Of a stretch of 64,000 bases of DNA, positions 28,801 through 43,800 are shown piece after piece. The notes beneath the pieces are model-generated. The model saw only the letters and a program-made list of their open reading frames with translations, ran no database searches and was not told where the DNA came from. The position numbers and the translations under genes were made by a program. Origin of the DNA: a virus. Within the stretch, counting starts at the first letter, position 1. Each line of letters begins with the position of its first letter. The DNA lies in the IMG/VR virus record IMGVR_UViG_3300042691_050360, positions 102,523 to 166,522 of that record. One strand, written 5' to 3'.

Positions 28801-31789
28801 GGTGTTTTACTTAGCCGCTGTTGATTATAATGGTAACACGGCTTGGATTAATGAGATTGGTGGAATTAATAACGATGTTCAAGGGATTTACAAAGATTTG
28901 GTGTTTGTTAGCTCTAATAATAATATAATTCTTGCACACTATCTGACAGAGTTTTTTTATCCTGCAGAATCAGGAGGTAGCGGTTACCCCGTGGTTGTTA
29001 GTTCTTATGATGATAGTGGAAATTTGCGTTGGAAGTTTGGTGATGACTTTAATAGCGGCCTTTTGGTTAACCGCATTAATCAGGGCTCAAATGGTAAATC
29101 AGCTTTTCTTTCGCTCAACAGTGGTTATATATACATAGTAATAAATTATGATGTATACAGCTCGTCCGCAAACTCTGGAGCTATATACCGAATTTCAATA
29201 GACGGGATTTTTAGTATATTTCCGGTAGTGTATTACGCAAACACTAATAATGTTAATTCTGATTTTCTAATCAGAAAAATAGCAATTGATTCATCGGGCG
29301 TGATGTATTTGTCTCCCTTTTCTTTCTTCTTGTCACCATCTTCGCTTTATACGTTTCCTGCTGGTTTTTTTAAACTCGGGGATTATTCTGGTATAGCAGT
29401 ATCTTCCGGCGTTAATTTCATTTTAGAAGCAAATGCCACACTCTATGCTTTAGGCCCTCAGTCCCCGCCGCCACCAACACCTCCATCTGTTCCATCTGTT
29501 CCATCTGTTCCATCTGTTCCATCTGTTCCATCTGTTCCATCTGTTCCATCTGTTCCATCTGTTCCATCTGTTCCATCTGTTCCATCTGTTCCATCTGTTC
29601 CATCTGTTCCATCTGTTCCATCACCATCACCTGTTCCATCACCTGTTCCATCACCATCACCTGTTCCATCACCTGTTCCATCACCATCTCCTGTTCCATC
29701 TCCTGTTCCATCTCCTGTTCCATCTCCTGTTCCATCTCCTGTTCCATCTCCTGTTCCATCTCCGTCGCCAGGCGTCACCCCGGTTCCCCCGCCAGCTCCT
29801 TCTCCGACAGAACCGTCCGCCCCACTGCCATCGGTTCCAGTCCCATTCTCCCCATCTCCGACTGAGCCATCTGTCCCAGCTGAGCCATTCGCCTTTGAAT
29901 CAGCTTTTAGGGCCTCATCTTTTTGTGTTATTTTCGGTACATCGATTAGGTTGTCAGATCAATCTGAAATTCCAATAGAAGATGTCAAGATTGACGACTC
30001 AGTTGTAGGATTGGATGAAAATCTTAATCATTCACTTTTTCAAATTGATGAAATCATCCACGCACAAGGTGAGTCTATTTATAAGATATCATTTGATGAT
30101 AAAAATATTTCTTGTTCAGAATCTCATTGTTTTTACGAAGTTTCTACTCAGGTATTTAAACATGCCTTTGAGCTGAAAACAGGAGATATGATTAAGGGAT
30201 TTGATGCAAATTTTGAAATTACGAAAATTGACATATTACAATCTGAGCCTGTTATTGGGCTCGTACTAAACAATAACGGATGCTACTACACAAATGATCT
30301 CTTGTCGCACTCGCAAAATACTCATCCTTCATTCATAACAAATAGTCTCAAGAACTCCGATAAATTAACACAATCTGCTGTTAAAAACTCAGAGCCCGCA
30401 TTGGCCTCGATTGATTTAGGCTCTCAAATAAATGTTTCGAAACATCGCACTATTAAGGCAAAAGATTTGAAAATTGGTGACACAATCTACGGAGCTTGTG
30501 AGCGAAACAAAAACAAAGATTACACAATAACTGAAATCAAGATAATTAACAATCAAATCGCTCACGCTATATATTGTGATGGATTATGCCTGGAATGCTC
30601 AGAGAATTATAGCGTTTTTTCTTTCACGGATAATGCCTTTAGATATCCTTGGCAGCTTTCAAAAGGAGATTTCATTAAAACAATCAACGGCATAAAATCT
30701 GTTGAAAAAGTTATAGCAAAAGATGTTAAACCAATGGTGTCAATTAAATTGTCCAACGGCGGAACATTATTCGCCAATGGTGTATTATCTCATTGTGATC
30801 TTGTTGCTCCCGAATATAACACGGATCTTGAAAACCCTCCCAAAAACACAATCTTTAGATCTCTTACAGAAGATTCACCGGCATCCAAGTCCTTAATGAC
30901 TTCAGGTGTTGGTTCGGATTCCTTATTGGATTCATCCAAAGCTCGCATTAAAGCCAATGAAGTATCTACTGGAGATACCATTTATGGATTCAATGAATTA
31001 TTTGAAAGAAATCTTTATAAAGTGCAAAACATAATCAAAACTCAGTCAGATTGTGTGGAGATTGTGTTTACGGATGGAACTTCAATAACAATAAGCAAAG
31101 CCTGCCCGATATTTTCTAATTCCCGGAAAAATTTCATCCACGCCTACAAGCTTAAACAAGATGAGTTAATCAAATTTGGATCTGAAGAAAAAACAATCAG
31201 CAACATTGTTGAAAAGAATAATCAAGCTGTTTATTCTATTGAGCTACAAGACAATGTCGGCTTTTTCTCAGATGGTGCATTGGTTCACAATAATGCTTCG
31301 GCTTTTAGCCATGATAAATCTACGGTAGTTGATTTGTCAGAGATTAACAAAATAATCAAACCTGAAATGAAGGCAATGCTCCCCTTATGGAAATACGACA
31401 GCCACAAAGATTGGAAGAAAGCATTTTATTTACTTGATTTCAACTTGGCTAAAGAAGACGCGGGATATTCATTTGGCATCAATGCATTGAGTGTCAATGC
31501 AAGCTTTAAGATCAAAGATCACAGTGCTGAAGTCTTGATGATTAAGATAAATGGATCAAATCCTGTCATGGATTTGAAATTTAATGGCATTAAACTAGAC
31601 AGTGAAATTGAATCATTTGCTTTTGGTAATTCCACATTCTTTTTTGTGAAACTAAATAGTCTTAATTCTACTCTTCCTGACTCATTATTTGAGTTCAAAT
31701 TCAAGAGCGAGTCAGATTGTTTGTTGACTAATTTGAATTTAATAAAATCTGATCAACATCTGGCAATTTTGAAATATTTTCAAGGTTAA
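25874..31789 (+). CDS. virion protein with PQQ-like beta-propeller, Pro/Ser/Val linker and three tandem Hint domains (1971 aa)
   Basis: WPKFGKD...KWQY and IDKTGVVQW propeller motifs; (PSV)15; Hint units CVIFGT...LSHS, SIDLGS...FANGVLSHC and SGVGSD...DGALVHN. Confidence 0.8.
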   Translation: MNFNLAKKKEGVELTFGDHAVCVFVNSNLVGENMIISDRVSILAKEELEKITFDLSSTEYDIVTLRFDKVKKIKEGSYYVEVATGLIIIECDKASLISDKNLILSVNGTLSITFSAQQKSSSAVSAFAASFSASSFSAASFVSEGFYEKNLPSFSITFYRDFQNGEFIDRFDSYKDRQIISSNSPSQEQAVSVFVKVISHFSDELAAGTVNQNYKLAIYSDFYTNPDNTRYAALTKVINTPEGSVYFSLLSINAANYINFFDGIRECRVEVEKFVFQNTISVQANIAGGPSSPPPSSNVNAGQDTLTALPSQGCCYQFLTQFVSPPGTEPIPSYTASWPLLSWQLDNEGYLYDYSIPETTTNRKTTFPSSATAPYENGNYYAGINAKYDFTNFDYRRYNWISLFFVSYSDIQNANFNPDTYILEFNYFYDGLNQPDAFSACGDEGVITSFVNSDVSDGGLYNTTCYGLQYYFDFAGNLRSDKILTSFEARLKKITSTFPDEFRLYDFKIFSISCSPLPTPSPTPTSVPMVIESYDITSTNPLSVRMLNQPADNNLVTSGTTQYTLNYNSGSSVQITAPVNGYFVDRITYQAAQYTFNYWIVNGSATPNYNNVQSLSISSLDSNLSAYYSKTPITPGVPPPPTVIFNIKAFDLNSGHPLEAGVFCSPQDLNNTLTFVTEANLIYASSLVSTATITTNSGTYRDLATGNLGSYNFQYWSVDGSIQYQNTIIVPLSSNHNLIAYFGTGSPQPSPPPSPPPPQTGLDDSCWPKFGKDLASTGKSTCSGTGGVMGKKWQYSNDSDGIIDTQIVAPVIDKNQVVYYFYKKTNTSLMAFVGVKDVNNSPSLVFSTLFQAEAIQSTPIIDKSQRVYAIIDAKVTCFSQPTNPSALNSSVVWVCPEQVFSESLTIDSSGNLYAVSLNRGLICIDKTGVVQWSLFFGFSQANQRMITPSYLVIGTNDLIYFAFGIQDRLNPDISGAVFYLAAVDYNGNTAWINEIGGINNDVQGIYKDLVFVSSNNNIILAHYLTEFFYPAESGGSGYPVVVSSYDDSGNLRWKFGDDFNSGLLVNRINQGSNGKSAFLSLNSGYIYIVINYDVYSSSANSGAIYRISIDGIFSIFPVVYYANTNNVNSDFLIRKIAIDSSGVMYLSPFSFFLSPSSLYTFPAGFFKLGDYSGIAVSSGVNFILEANATLYALGPQSPPPPTPPSVPSVPSVPSVPSVPSVPSVPSVPSVPSVPSVPSVPSVPSVPSVPSPSPVPSPVPSPSPVPSPVPSPSPVPSPVPSPVPSPVPSPVPSPVPSPSPGVTPVPPPAPSPTEPSAPLPSVPVPFSPSPTEPSVPAEPFAFESAFRASSFCVIFGTSIRLSDQSEIPIEDVKIDDSVVGLDENLNHSLFQIDEIIHAQGESIYKISFDDKNISCSESHCFYEVSTQVFKHAFELKTGDMIKGFDANFEITKIDILQSEPVIGLVLNNNGCYYTNDLLSHSQNTHPSFITNSLKNSDKLTQSAVKNSEPALASIDLGSQINVSKHRTIKAKDLKIGDTIYGACERNKNKDYTITEIKIINNQIAHAIYCDGLCLECSENYSVFSFTDNAFRYPWQLSKGDFIKTINGIKSVEKVIAKDVKPMVSIKLSNGGTLFANGVLSHCDLVAPEYNTDLENPPKNTIFRSLTEDSPASKSLMTSGVGSDSLLDSSKARIKANEVSTGDTIYGFNELFERNLYKVQNIIKTQSDCVEIVFTDGTSITISKACPIFSNSRKNFIHAYKLKQDELIKFGSEEKTISNIVEKNNQAVYSIELQDNVGFFSDGALVHNNASAFSHDKSTVVDLSEINKIIKPEMKAMLPLWKYDSHKDWKKAFYLLDFNLAKEDAGYSFGINALSVNASFKIKDHSAEVLMIKINGSNPVMDLKFNGIKLDSEIESFAFGNSTFFFVKLNSLNSTLPDSLFEFKFKSESDCLLTNLNLIKSDQHLAILKYFQG
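29483..29762 (+). repeat. in-frame tandem repeat: (CCATCTGTT)x15 followed by 12/18-nt [10 protein letters not shown] units
   Basis: 15 identical 9-mers at 29483-29617, then CCATC(A/T)CCTGTT-type units. Confidence 0.95.
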
Positions 31790-31817
31790 GCAGGCTTAAC
31801 TCAGAATATTTTTATAG

Positions 31818-34800
31818 ATGTCTTGGAATCTAAAAATTATACCGAGGGGATTGCTTCTCAGTAAATATGTTAAGAATATTGTTTTGGTGAATCCTGACAG
31901 CATAAAAGACGTTGACCGCAATTCTCTAATTTCAGATCAGTATCAGACTTTTAATCAGGCAAGTAACACGGCAAACATTGTTTTTCAGCTTGCTTTGTTT
32001 AATAATGATCCACAGAATGAATCATCCGCTCCGGGAATCTCAGGAATCAATTATATTCAGATTTCAAACGACCCTGAGTTTAATGATGTATATACTGCTG
32101 CACCAATTAAATTCAGCTCAGAATACAATTTAAATACAAATTATTCTGTGGATTTAAACAGCTACATCACTCCTAGCACCACCTTACCAACGCTTCAGAG
32201 TATAACTTTCACCACTCAATCTGGAATTGGAAACATAAATGTTTTAAACTGGCCTCTTTCTGGTTCATCTGGTGCCAAAAAGGTATATATAGCCGTAAAT
32301 GTCACCCTTAGCAATGGTGACACTGCGACATACCCCCAGGGGCTGGATATATTTGACGAGATAACGGTTTGCTCAAGCATAATTGCTTCCCCGAACACTC
32401 CTGAGGCAATAAATGCCACAGTTGATAACTTCGCTGGTTCTCCTTTATATTATGAAGCAGATTCTGCCAGCAATGCAGGGACTACAAACAACGATGACTC
32501 TGGCGTGGCTTCTTATTTCTGGGATGGATTAATCCTCAACTCCACTTCAAATCTTGCAAGGAATAATTATTCCCAGGAAGGGCTTCAACTTTTCAAAACC
32601 GCCGATGTTCTGAGTGCTCAGAAAAACCAAGAGAATTTGCCGATTTCATTCTCGACAAGCTCTGTGCAACCATCTTGGTCTTCTAGCTTTTATAGAACGT
32701 ATAGATCAGCCACTCCATTTAAAATAAGTGCCACGGATAATATCTATTTCTTCGAGGCTTTTGTTAATAATAACCAGAACACTTTAAATTACATCTCTGG
32801 CTCAAGTTTCTTTTACGAATTTAATATTTCAAGCAGCACGGGTGCGACAAAATATCTCAGACAGCAGCTTGCTTTTGATAATACATTTAAAACTGTTACT
32901 GTTTACACGTCTGTAGACGATACCTCATGGTCATCAGATCCATCAAATGTTCCTTCGGCTTTCAGCAATACAGTAGTTATTACGAATCCTGATATTGTTG
33001 CACAAATCACCGGTGCGGGAATATTCACTACATTAGTGGAGCTTTTGAGCTCATCTGGCGGGATATATCAGGCTAAGCTGATCTTCAAGCCTCAAAATTC
33101 CAAAAATAATATTGTTGTTTCTGAATCATTTTTCTCATCTAGTCTACTGAACACAAGCGTTAATATCTACGGTGAATTCAGATTTTATATTCAGAACGCC
33201 ACATATAATGTAATTCTAGAATCAACACAATATGGAATTTGCCGTGGAACTATCTCAGCGGCTGTCATGCCAAATGACAAAATAAATACTAATTATAGTC
33301 TTCCCGTTGAAAATAATACAGCGAGTTTTTACGACTCTCAGAGCCTGAATACTTGGTTTACCCTTAACAATTCACCTTCCAGTGGCGTAACAAACAACGC
33401 AACCGTAAGTGGATTTCCAACAGTTCAATTTTATAACAATCAGGAAAATGATTCAGAAAATAATATTTCTGCAACTGAGATTCAATCTTCTATTCCAACA
33501 TTTTCAAATGAAGTTACTCTCACAGCTTCTTTTAATCTGCCTACTACAAATCCAAAAATCATTAACACAGCTTATTCTTTTGATTCAAATTTGGACTTTG
33601 AAGATTTTATATTTGATGATCTTTTGAAAACTTCTGCTGGGGTAACTCTTCCACAGAGCAATTCAAAATATAATTATTATGCGGCCATTAGCTATTCAGG
33701 ATCTAACAATCTTGAACTAAATGTTTTTGATGTTGGCACGGGACAAACATGTTCTATTACCACTTCTGCCACTTCGAATCTTTTCTTTTACTCACAAGAA
33801 AATAACACAGGCAATTTAACTCCGCCTTTAGTTGTACGAAGCGTGGGTAATCTTTCAACATCGGCAACATTCTCTGCGTGGATTGGAACGAGCGAGCCAT
33901 TTAACTACTCCACTTCTGCGTTGATTACGAATCTTATTACTGTCCAAAACCAAGGCAATGTTCCCATTTCAATCAATACTGGTGTAGGGCTTGGAATTAA
34001 CACAGTTGCCCCAGGTGAGCCTTATGTCACAAAACTTAGCTCAATAACAGCGAGCTCACCAAACACATTCATTATTTTGTCTAATAACTCAGCGATCACG
34101 TCTGGTGTTAATTTCTTGTATGATTTTGGTCAGCAGGGAACAATTACAGAACTAAACTTCACAGTTCAGATTGTGACTCCGCCTGAGTGCCCTTCTTCGC
34201 TTCCAAGTTTCAAGTATTCGATTGAAGTATCTAGTGATTTCATAAACTGGTCTTATGTTTCTCCAGCATCTGCAACAGATGTCTTCAGTCCTACCACCGG
34301 AAATGTCAAATTGACATTTGCTCTAAATCAGACTAATTGCAGATATGCAAGGATAAGAATTTATTACGATGTTGCTGTAACCTTCGATCCAAGAAACACT
34401 TATAGATATTCTTCGTTATCAGGAACTCAAACTCCAAATTCACTCGCGGCGAATACTGGCAAATTCATACTAGGATTCACAGACACGAGTGCTAAGAATT
34501 CATCTTTGGGGCAGCTATACAACCAGCCTACATACATGCGGCAGTTTTATACAAATAGCTCGACCTATGCCTCGGTGATTTTTGATTTCTCTGATTACCA
34601 AAATGACATAGCTGGCCCGGTATATCTTAGCCTTCTTACTAACAATGGAGAAGAAAGATTCCACACTGTAAATTCTGGTTTTAATTTAGGTTTAACCAAT
34701 ACACATGTTGTAACCCTGTCTGTTTCTAGAAAAGGCGTAAATGATGCATTCTACTTACAGCCAAGGGTAACTCTTGCCGTTAATAATTCGTCAACTCCGC

Positions 34801-37800
34801 TTGTTTTTGAGTTGGATGATGTTCTTTCTGAGCCAGGCGATACACAGGATCTTATTTTTGGCTACTATCCGTTCTTCTCGCTTGTAGGAAATGGGAATAT
34901 CTATCTCAGGTCTTCTGTCATTAAGGGAACTTACAATGCTTCACTTGATTACTCAAAAAATAAAACATATTTCTCTCTGTTCTCATCTGAAAACTCAGAC
35001 TATACAGCCAGCTATGGTAAAAACATATTAAGGCAAAATACTTATGATATTTCCACGTTTGACTATCCGCTGGTAAATACTTTCTTCCAATACAACACAA
35101 TCAAGGGTTTCTACTATGAAAATGTTACCTTTACAGTAAGGGCGGTTATCACCTCCCCTTCAGGTTTATTTGGTCCCGCCTATACAGATGGTGTCTATCT
35201 TCAAGCTTGCGATTATGTTTTGCTCGCCGGTCAACTAGATAAATCTTCAAACGGAGTTTATCAAGTTCAGGCTCGGCAATGGGTAAAAAAGAAAGCCAAT
35301 CCTTCTGGGTCTGGAAAAGCAGAGCCGACAGTTCTTGTTTCAGAGGGTAATGTTTTTGGTGATACTCTATGGATGCAAGATGTAATTTCCACAGAATGGT
35401 TGAGTAATACAATCGCATGCCCATTTGTTCTTGACAACAACACCTTGCTGAACACAGGGATATCAAGTATATACAAGTATCCTCAGTTCATAAAACTAGG
35501 TGTAGGAGTGAAGGCTATAAGTCAAATTAGCAGTTTGAATCAAGTGAGATTAAAGCTGCTCAATTCTCCAGCGGGATATGTAAGAGAGACAGACCTAGCC
35601 ACACAATGGAATTCTGTTTTTCAAAATGGAGAACTATATAATTTACAAGAGAAGTCAAATTCAAATAACACAATATTTATGAATTTTGCTATTTCAAGCT
35701 CGCAAATTTCTGGAATATCTACAAGCTTGCTTCCGTCCACTTACAACATGCTTGTGAGTTTCTCCGGAAATTTCGCCCCCGCGATAACTAATAATTCTGA
35801 TTTTATACTTCCAGATTATGGAAGCAGTTACAGATTGTTTACCAATCCTGAATTGATTTACCAGCTTTTCTCAACTTATGAGTCTATTACTCTAAGTGCC
35901 GCAAGCACTTCAATTGTCAACACAAGTGTGTACGGGTTGAGCGTTTCAAATATCAAAACCCCACAAACCGGCTTTAGTACCGATGTTGTTTTAGACGATA
36001 CTGCTCCGGTGGTTGGAATCCTTTCAAAGGCTGTTGATAATGCTAAAAGCGTTTACATGAGCATTTCTACTGCTGTTGACACAGGAGCAGGTCTGTCAAT
36101 CGCAAGAATCATTCAAAAGAATCCTGCAGGTGAAACCCTTTATGGATCTTGGTTCGGTTTTAATACTAATAGTTTTTCGGGTATTTCATCAGTGGTAGCC
36201 TATCCAAGTTTTGTTGCAAATCAATTTGGTGTTACCACGGGCGAACCACTTTCTGGCTATTATAGATACAGTCTTCAAGTTGCAGATAGAGTGGGAAATA
36301 TTTCTCAAACCAACTCAGTAGAGAGCTTCTACTATGAATCAGCTCTTGTTGATACACAAGGCCCAAGTGCGGCTGTTAATTTTGTCAATTCTGATACTTT
36401 TTCTCCGATTTCATTTACCACATCTAGCATTATAACTACTCAGCTACTGGCACAAGACTCTCTTTCAGATGTTAAAGCTTTTAGATACAGAATTTTGCCT
36501 AGCGGAGATTTTGGAAACTGGCTCGACTACAATGAATTCGCTCAGGTATTCTTGCCAGAATCAATTGAGGATGGCATTCTTTCGGTGCAATTCCAATTCA
36601 AAGATTATGGAAATAATGTTTTGTATAGCACTGCAACAATTTCCGGAGAACAAGTTTACATATATACCTGGAATATGGTATCAAAGCTAATTGCTAATGT
36701 TCTGTTTACGGTAATTGAATCAACAATATTCAACGACAATCCGGTTTTAATAATTGGTGCTTCTAAGTCTGACCAAGCCACTCTTTATGTCTGGGATAAT
36801 TCAAAACTCATTGAATTAACTTATCCTGGGTTGCTCGGATGTAAGGCTATCACCGCGATGCTTGCAGTGGATGGAAAAGTTATAATAGCAACCGAAAATG
36901 GAAGAACTTTTGTTTACGAAAACGGAATTATGACTGGCCCATTCGCTTCATTCACATGGGGCGGAACCACATTATCAATTTCCAAATTTGAGACTCATAA
37001 ATATCCAGAAGAATCAATTTCCTATGTTTACGCCACTACATTAAATATTCCAAGAATATATAGAACTCCTGTTGATAATTTAAAGAATCTATCTTGGCAA
37101 GTGGTTCAAACTCCACCAATTAGCGTGGACAGAATTGATGTTTTGAATTCAGGTCTTTGGTCTGGCACAGGATTTTCTTATTCAATCTCATCGAGCTACC
37201 AAGCCGCAACTCTTACACCGGGATTGCTTTACGGAATCTCAAGCGTGATTGTGACCAACTCTGGTTCGAATATTAATTCGATTCCAACCATAACTGTTGG
37301 CGGTCCGATGACCGGAGTGGGTCTGAGCCCTGTTCTACAAGGCTATATATCAAAACTCAATCTTCTATCGGGCGGAATAGGTTATACCGCTGGTGCTACA
37401 GTGACAATACAAGCACCTGCCGCTGGTGGTGTTCAAGCCACTGGCATTGCAATAACAAACTCAAACGGCACAATAACATCGGTAAGGCTTAATTCTGGCG
37501 GTCAAGGATATGGTTACACCAACACTAACCCGCTTGTGACTATCTCTGGCAATCTTGGAGTTGGAAGCCAGGCCACTGCTTCTTCAAGCACCCAGTTCGA
37601 TTCCATTTATTCAATCAATGTTACGTCGGCGGGAATTGGAACGACAAGCAGTATTACCCTGAGCTCACCAGGTGGTGCGGTATTAACACCAAGTTTCCTT
37701 TATAGAGTTAATCAATTAAATATCACAAGTCCAGGTTTTGGATATACCAATTCTCCCAGCGTTCTGGTTAATGGACTTTCAACGATTGCTTCTGCTACAG

Positions 37801-40800
37801 CTGAGTACGGATCTATACAATCTGTTACTGTAATCGGTTCAGCTGCAACATTCCCGGCCACTTTAGCTCCAGACATACAGCTCAGCGGGGGAGTGGCAAC
37901 AAATTGGGTTGGGGCTTTCTCAACATCAAGCATTTCATTCTCAACCGGTGCTTTAAATACTTTCCCCGGATTTGTGCTAAGCCAAGTTTCTGTTTCTGAA
38001 AGCGGATTCGGACTAGGCGTAGTGCCCTCGATCTCTTTCTCCACATCTCCGATTTATAATCCGGAATTTAAATTTATCTTGTCGGATGATATCACTTTAT
38101 ATTCCGCTTCCGGTTCAATTTATGATATTAAATCTTTTGACAACAAATTGTTCTTCACCAGCTCTACAAATGGAATTGTCAAACTAGGATTGTCAAGCGG
38201 CATTTTCTCTGCAACTCAGATTGAGCTGAACACATCTGCAAATAACTTTAACGCATTAAGCCCATATCAGCTTTCTTCCTACAATAGCGGTCTTGGCACT
38301 AATTTGTTCTTCTCTATTTCTGGTCAGCCACTGATTGGTAGAGTTGACAAATCAAACAAAGAATATGTGTTTCAAAGTTATAAAGACAATATTCTCATAT
38401 TCAAGCCTTATAATTTTGACATCCTTTCCAACTGGCAACTGAAGAAAATAATTAGCACAAACGGAGTGGGCACTGTTTCTCACGGTTCATCCGCTGATAG
38501 TTTATTAATTTACAGTCAAAATGCCCAAGTTTTCTACGAATCAACTAAAGATAATACTTGGTTTAATCGATGCCAAACAAGCAGCAATTATATGGTTACT
38601 CTTAATTTTGAGGCCATTGAGGGCACACAATCTTTAGAGATATCTACATTTGATACTACCTTAAAAGCGGCATTTACATTTGTCCCGGTTATCAACACTG
38701 GAATTGGCACCACCAATAACGCGGGTCAAAATAATTTAGCATCTTATGATGTCGATGTAAATTCTCTGGTTATTTCTTATGGTAACCAAAGTTATCAACA
38801 AATTATAATTGATGCAAAAGATATTTACAGCATTACTTTTGTGAAATCTGCCAACAATCTATTTGTTTATAACGACCAAGATCTTATTGCTCAGCAAAAT
38901 AATTTCTTTACGTCTATAGGCGTTAGTCCTATAATTAAGTTCGGAACTATATTTGAACCTACGACATTAATTGCCAATAACCAAAGCATCAATACTTTTG
39001 GTGTGCCTGAAACGATTAATACTTCTAACTTTATCTGGAAGCAGATTAAGTTTTCATTTAATATCGAAAATATTGATCTTGGTTCAGATAATTATTCACT
39101 GAGCATACCATATGTGGTGCCTAACTCTGCTGCTGTAAGAGTTCTCAAAACTATTGACAACAATCTTTACGCAGTTACTAAATCATTAAATGACAGCAGA
39201 TTTACATCTATGTTGCCAGATGTTGGCTCCAAAGTCTTTAGAATGGGGAGTGATATATGGACTGATGTTACTGGTAACTTTGAAACATACAATTCTGGAG
39301 ATAGCACATCTTATATTATAACCTCCCCCAATGATATAGGCAATTTAAATAAATCATTCTTTATTACCGGTGTTACCAAAACCATACAAAGCAGAAGCGA
39401 AATTGGGAATATCCTTGCTGGATTGTCAACGAGTATTGTTTATGAACAGGCAGAGAACGCCACGCTTGTAATTATATTCCCTCGAAATGCGAATCCGTCA
39501 GGTCAATCTGTGCTTGTCTCATCGAGCAACAGTTTGATTTATGTTCCTGGTTCCGTTTACTTCCCGAGTGATGTGTTCAGTAAGGTGATCAGCGTAGGCG
39601 TGGGTTCAACCGCTAATGCAACCTCTGCAATTATTTCTGTTACCGACGGCATCAGCACGTCTCAATCCCCGATCACTGTTTTCCCCATAGGAATTAGTAG
39701 CATCGGATTAAATACATCATCGTTTGTTGCTTATTCAGATGATCAAGTAATTGCAAATATTCAACTCAACGCCATAACGCAAAGCCCTGTAACTATTAAT
39801 TTAAATAGTACAGATTCAAGCAGGCTAAGGTCTCCACTTGGCATTGTCACAGTTCCTGCGGGATCTATAGGTATAATAACATCTCTTTCTGTGGGATTAA
39901 CGACATCAATTCAAAAGAATATTTCTATTATCGCTTCTTATCGAAGCACTTCTGGTATTGCAACGATTACCGCTTTACCATTTTCATTTAGTTTCAGCGT
40001 TAATAATAGGAACTTTGTCGGAAATCAGGGTGTAACCACAATAGGTGCAACAGCGTCTATTAACAGATCGCCGATTGGTGTCCTAACTGTTAATTTGAAT
40101 TCTACGGGTCAAACAATTCTAGGGGCACCTACAAGTGCATACATCTATCCTTCAACATTCAGCACATCTCAGGTTCTCTCTGTGGGAAGTGCTGTAACAC
40201 AAAACACAAATATTTTCATTACAGCTTTAATACCAGGCTCTGTTTCAACCAGCCTTTCAACTGCTGCACCATTTATTATCTCATCAGCAGTTTCTGATCT
40301 TCCCACTCCTGTTTTTGGGCTTCAAACCGCCACGGTTACTTTCACTATTAATTCAGCTCCTCTTTCCAATCTTTTGATAAGAAATATTGTAACCAGCACT
40401 ACTATGCTGAATACTGTATTCCCGAGCTTCTCAACAATTTTTGCTGGTTCTTCCACAACATCTTTTGGCGTTTCTACAGGACTTCAATATGGACAAGGCT
40501 TGGCTATAACTGTTCAAGGGGCTCCTCTTGGGTTTAATACATCTCCTACTCCCGCCCTCACTATGTTGAATGATAGGTGGAGAGTAACAAATCTTATTGT
40601 TTCTCCGAATAATATTGTTGGTGGTTCTGCCTACGCTGATGGTAGCGTACAGCAATTCGGTGTTACTGCTACATTAAATGTTGGACTTGCGACGACAGTT
40701 TATATTTCATCAAGCTCAACAAGGGTTGATACGCGGAACATTTCATTTGGAACTTCAGGAACTGGTGCGGCAACCTCAACTGGATACAGCACTGGTCTAA

Positions 40801-43800
40801 GCACGACAGCAATAACCGGATTTGCAATAACAGCCGTAGGGCCATATGGAATTACTACAACTGTAACCGGTCTTACTTTAAATCCATTTTTAATTTCAAG
40901 CTTCTCAACTAGCTATATCTGGAACGGTGTTGCAACCCAAAGTCCAGCTTATATCGTTGGGGGAATCGGAGCTACTGCTGTGGCTACAATTACCTTGAAC
41001 GCTTACGTTCTTACTGGGCTTCAGACTGTGTTATATTCAACAATAGGAACATTTATTACCAGGCCTGGTTTCGCTACACTCGGGGTTTCATCTATTTTAA
41101 TTGGCTCTAATTCCACCTCGATATTCCTGACATCACTAAGGGTGCCTTCAAGCTTTACGACGAGCGTCACCGCTCGGCTTGTTGGAGATGGAATATCTAC
41201 CGCATTTATTAACGTGCAACCTATACCAAGTTATTTCGCGGTCTTTGACCCGATTGTTTCTGGTTCGGCAAGCAGATTGTATCTATTCCCTTCAGCCCCC
41301 CTTCCGATTAGTCAGGGCGTTGCTGTAACTTATTCAAACGGGGTGACTGGAAACATAAGCTTAAACGCTAATGTAACCGGAATTGCAACAGAAATTCCAT
41401 TTAGATCGTTTGGTTTAAGCACAACATTTAAGGCAGAGGTTCAAACACTTGGCATAACTCAGACATATTATGTAACTGGATACAATACCTCCGGTAATGC
41501 ATTTTCTGTAGGATACAATTATTATGGCGAACTTTCTAAGAATTACCCTGTGATCGGGCCATTGATCGGTTCAGCAGATCGTGTATATATGGGTCTGTCC
41601 AGCGTTCTTAAGACCGCATCCGGCTATCATCACAATCTTGCACTAGATTCAAAAGGCGAAGTATTCAGTATTGGATTAAACACATACAATCAGCTTGGTT
41701 ATCTGGGTGCTTCCACAAATATATTCTATCAAGTTGGATTACCAACCACATTCAAGGTGAGAGATATTTTTGCACAGCGAAATAGCTCCTATGTGATCAC
41801 TGCCGACAACAATCTTTACGCTTGGGGCGGTAACAATCTTTATGCACTTGGAACATCTACTATTTCCATTTCTACATCGATGCCAAGATTGGTTGACACA
41901 AATGTTCAACTCTTTTCAGCTTATGAAGATAACGCGGCCTATGTTACATTTAATAATCAAACTGGAATACAATCTGTGTTCCAGTTTGGTGCTGGCAGAA
42001 CAATAGTTACGGGATTTGCGATCACCCAGCTTGCTATTTTTGGCTCGTCTAGACCCATAAGTAATTTAATTATAAGTGTTCTCGATCAAGGCCCAAATCA
42101 CACTGTGGCGGGTGGAACCTGGACGGACACAGCTACTGGCTTAAGCTCGAACGGTGTTTTCGCGTGGGGTGCAAATTCGTTCTACCAAACTGGTTTCACC
42201 TCCACTCTTGGTGTTTCCACTGTGCCGAATATCCTTATAGGATTTAACACGTTTAATCAGAAGGCTCTGATTCCATACAATCAACATATAATCGCCGACT
42301 ATAACTTCTCGCTTGTTGAGGGTGCTTATACCCCAACCAATCAATCTTATGTCTCCCAGGTTCAGATGCAAACCCTAGGCATCGGTTACACTGCCGCCCC
42401 ATTGATAACTTTTTCATCTCCGCCAAATTCAATTATTGCTGTAACTGCAATAGGAACTGCTACCTTGAACAATCTTGGGCAAGTCAGAAGCACAACAGTC
42501 CTTGCACAAGGCAGTGGCTATGTTTCGGGGGCTGGGGTTACGTTCTCAGATCCTACCGGCATTACTTCTAATCCTGTTACTGCTCTTGGAACAGCAATTG
42601 TTTCAGGAAACCAAGTGGTTAACATTCACATCACAAATCCAGGGTTTGGATACACCTCTCCACCATTGGTGATAATATCTCCTGTATCCGGTGGCGGTGG
42701 TGCAATAGGCATAGCTTCTATTGTCCAAGGTCAGATAACAGGGATTATAATCACAAACCCAGGCTTTGGATACACACAATCTGCAGTGGTTACTATTGGA
42801 ACATCTGCTGGCACACACATTGGATCAGGTGCTACGGCGTTGGTTGAGCTGGCCAGCTCTTCTGTTCCTGTGACTAATTTTACTATAGTTGGTGCCGCCA
42901 TATCTTCAAATAGTTCAGGGTTCGGCTTGGGTTTTGCCGCTACAAATGTGGGCAGAACTTTGTCGGCAAATACCCCAGATATTAACCTCACTAAGATAAT
43001 TAAGAACCCGCTCCACTATTATTGGCTTAATGCCAATGGAACAGCAATCGCTTCGGGCGGTGCAATACCGAGCGTTAATTTTGTGCCAGCTTCAATATCT
43101 AATTCACTCGTTTACTTGTTCCCGGCTAACAACTCGGGGCTTGAAAACTCTGAGCTTTATTCTTACGTTCCATCGATAATTGGTCAAGTTAACGGGTTAT
43201 ATACATATCGAGTGTTTGGCAATGATTTTGTTGGAACCACCCTTCAACCTTTGAATTTCTCGTTGCAACCTCACAGCTTTATTGGAGCATACACAATTGA
43301 TAGCTTTGGAGGGTTTGCCGCATCAGTTGATACAGGAAATTATCTTAACGTATTTTATCACGATACTGAGAATGAAGTTTCAGAATCATGGATTCAAGCT
43401 GCACAGCTTCCAGGGTTTGTTGATATGACTTTAGCTCAAGCGGATGTCACTCAGGTAGACCCAAGAGCAAAGAGAATTTATGTTACAACCCTGCAAGGCT
43501 CGGCAACAAACACAACGATTAGTATTTATATTGGTAATGTTATAACCGAAACACAATCTCAAAACTTCAATACCTCGCCTGTACAGGTTTTTGTAGCAAG
43601 GGGTAATCCAACAAAGATTGCTTCGGCTTATATCAGCCACTACAGGGGTGAGTATTTTACCCATAATGGGGTAACTTATGATTGGGTGAAGTCAGATGTT
43701 AATATTACTATTGGATATCAAGATGGGACAATTGAGCTTTATGGCAACGCCACACATTACACCGTGGATGGAGGAATTGTTCTTATTTCTTCGTGGTCAC

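Noticed and set aside
29418-29778. Minus-strand (MEQ)n and (DGT)n ORFs, or a CRISPR-like array
   Set aside because: They are reverse-frame reads of the in-frame PSV repeat, and there are no unique spacers.
29924-31291. Canonical mobile inteins
   Set aside because: There is no homing endonuclease insert, and no single copy has both a residue-1 nucleophile and a terminal HN followed by C/S/T.
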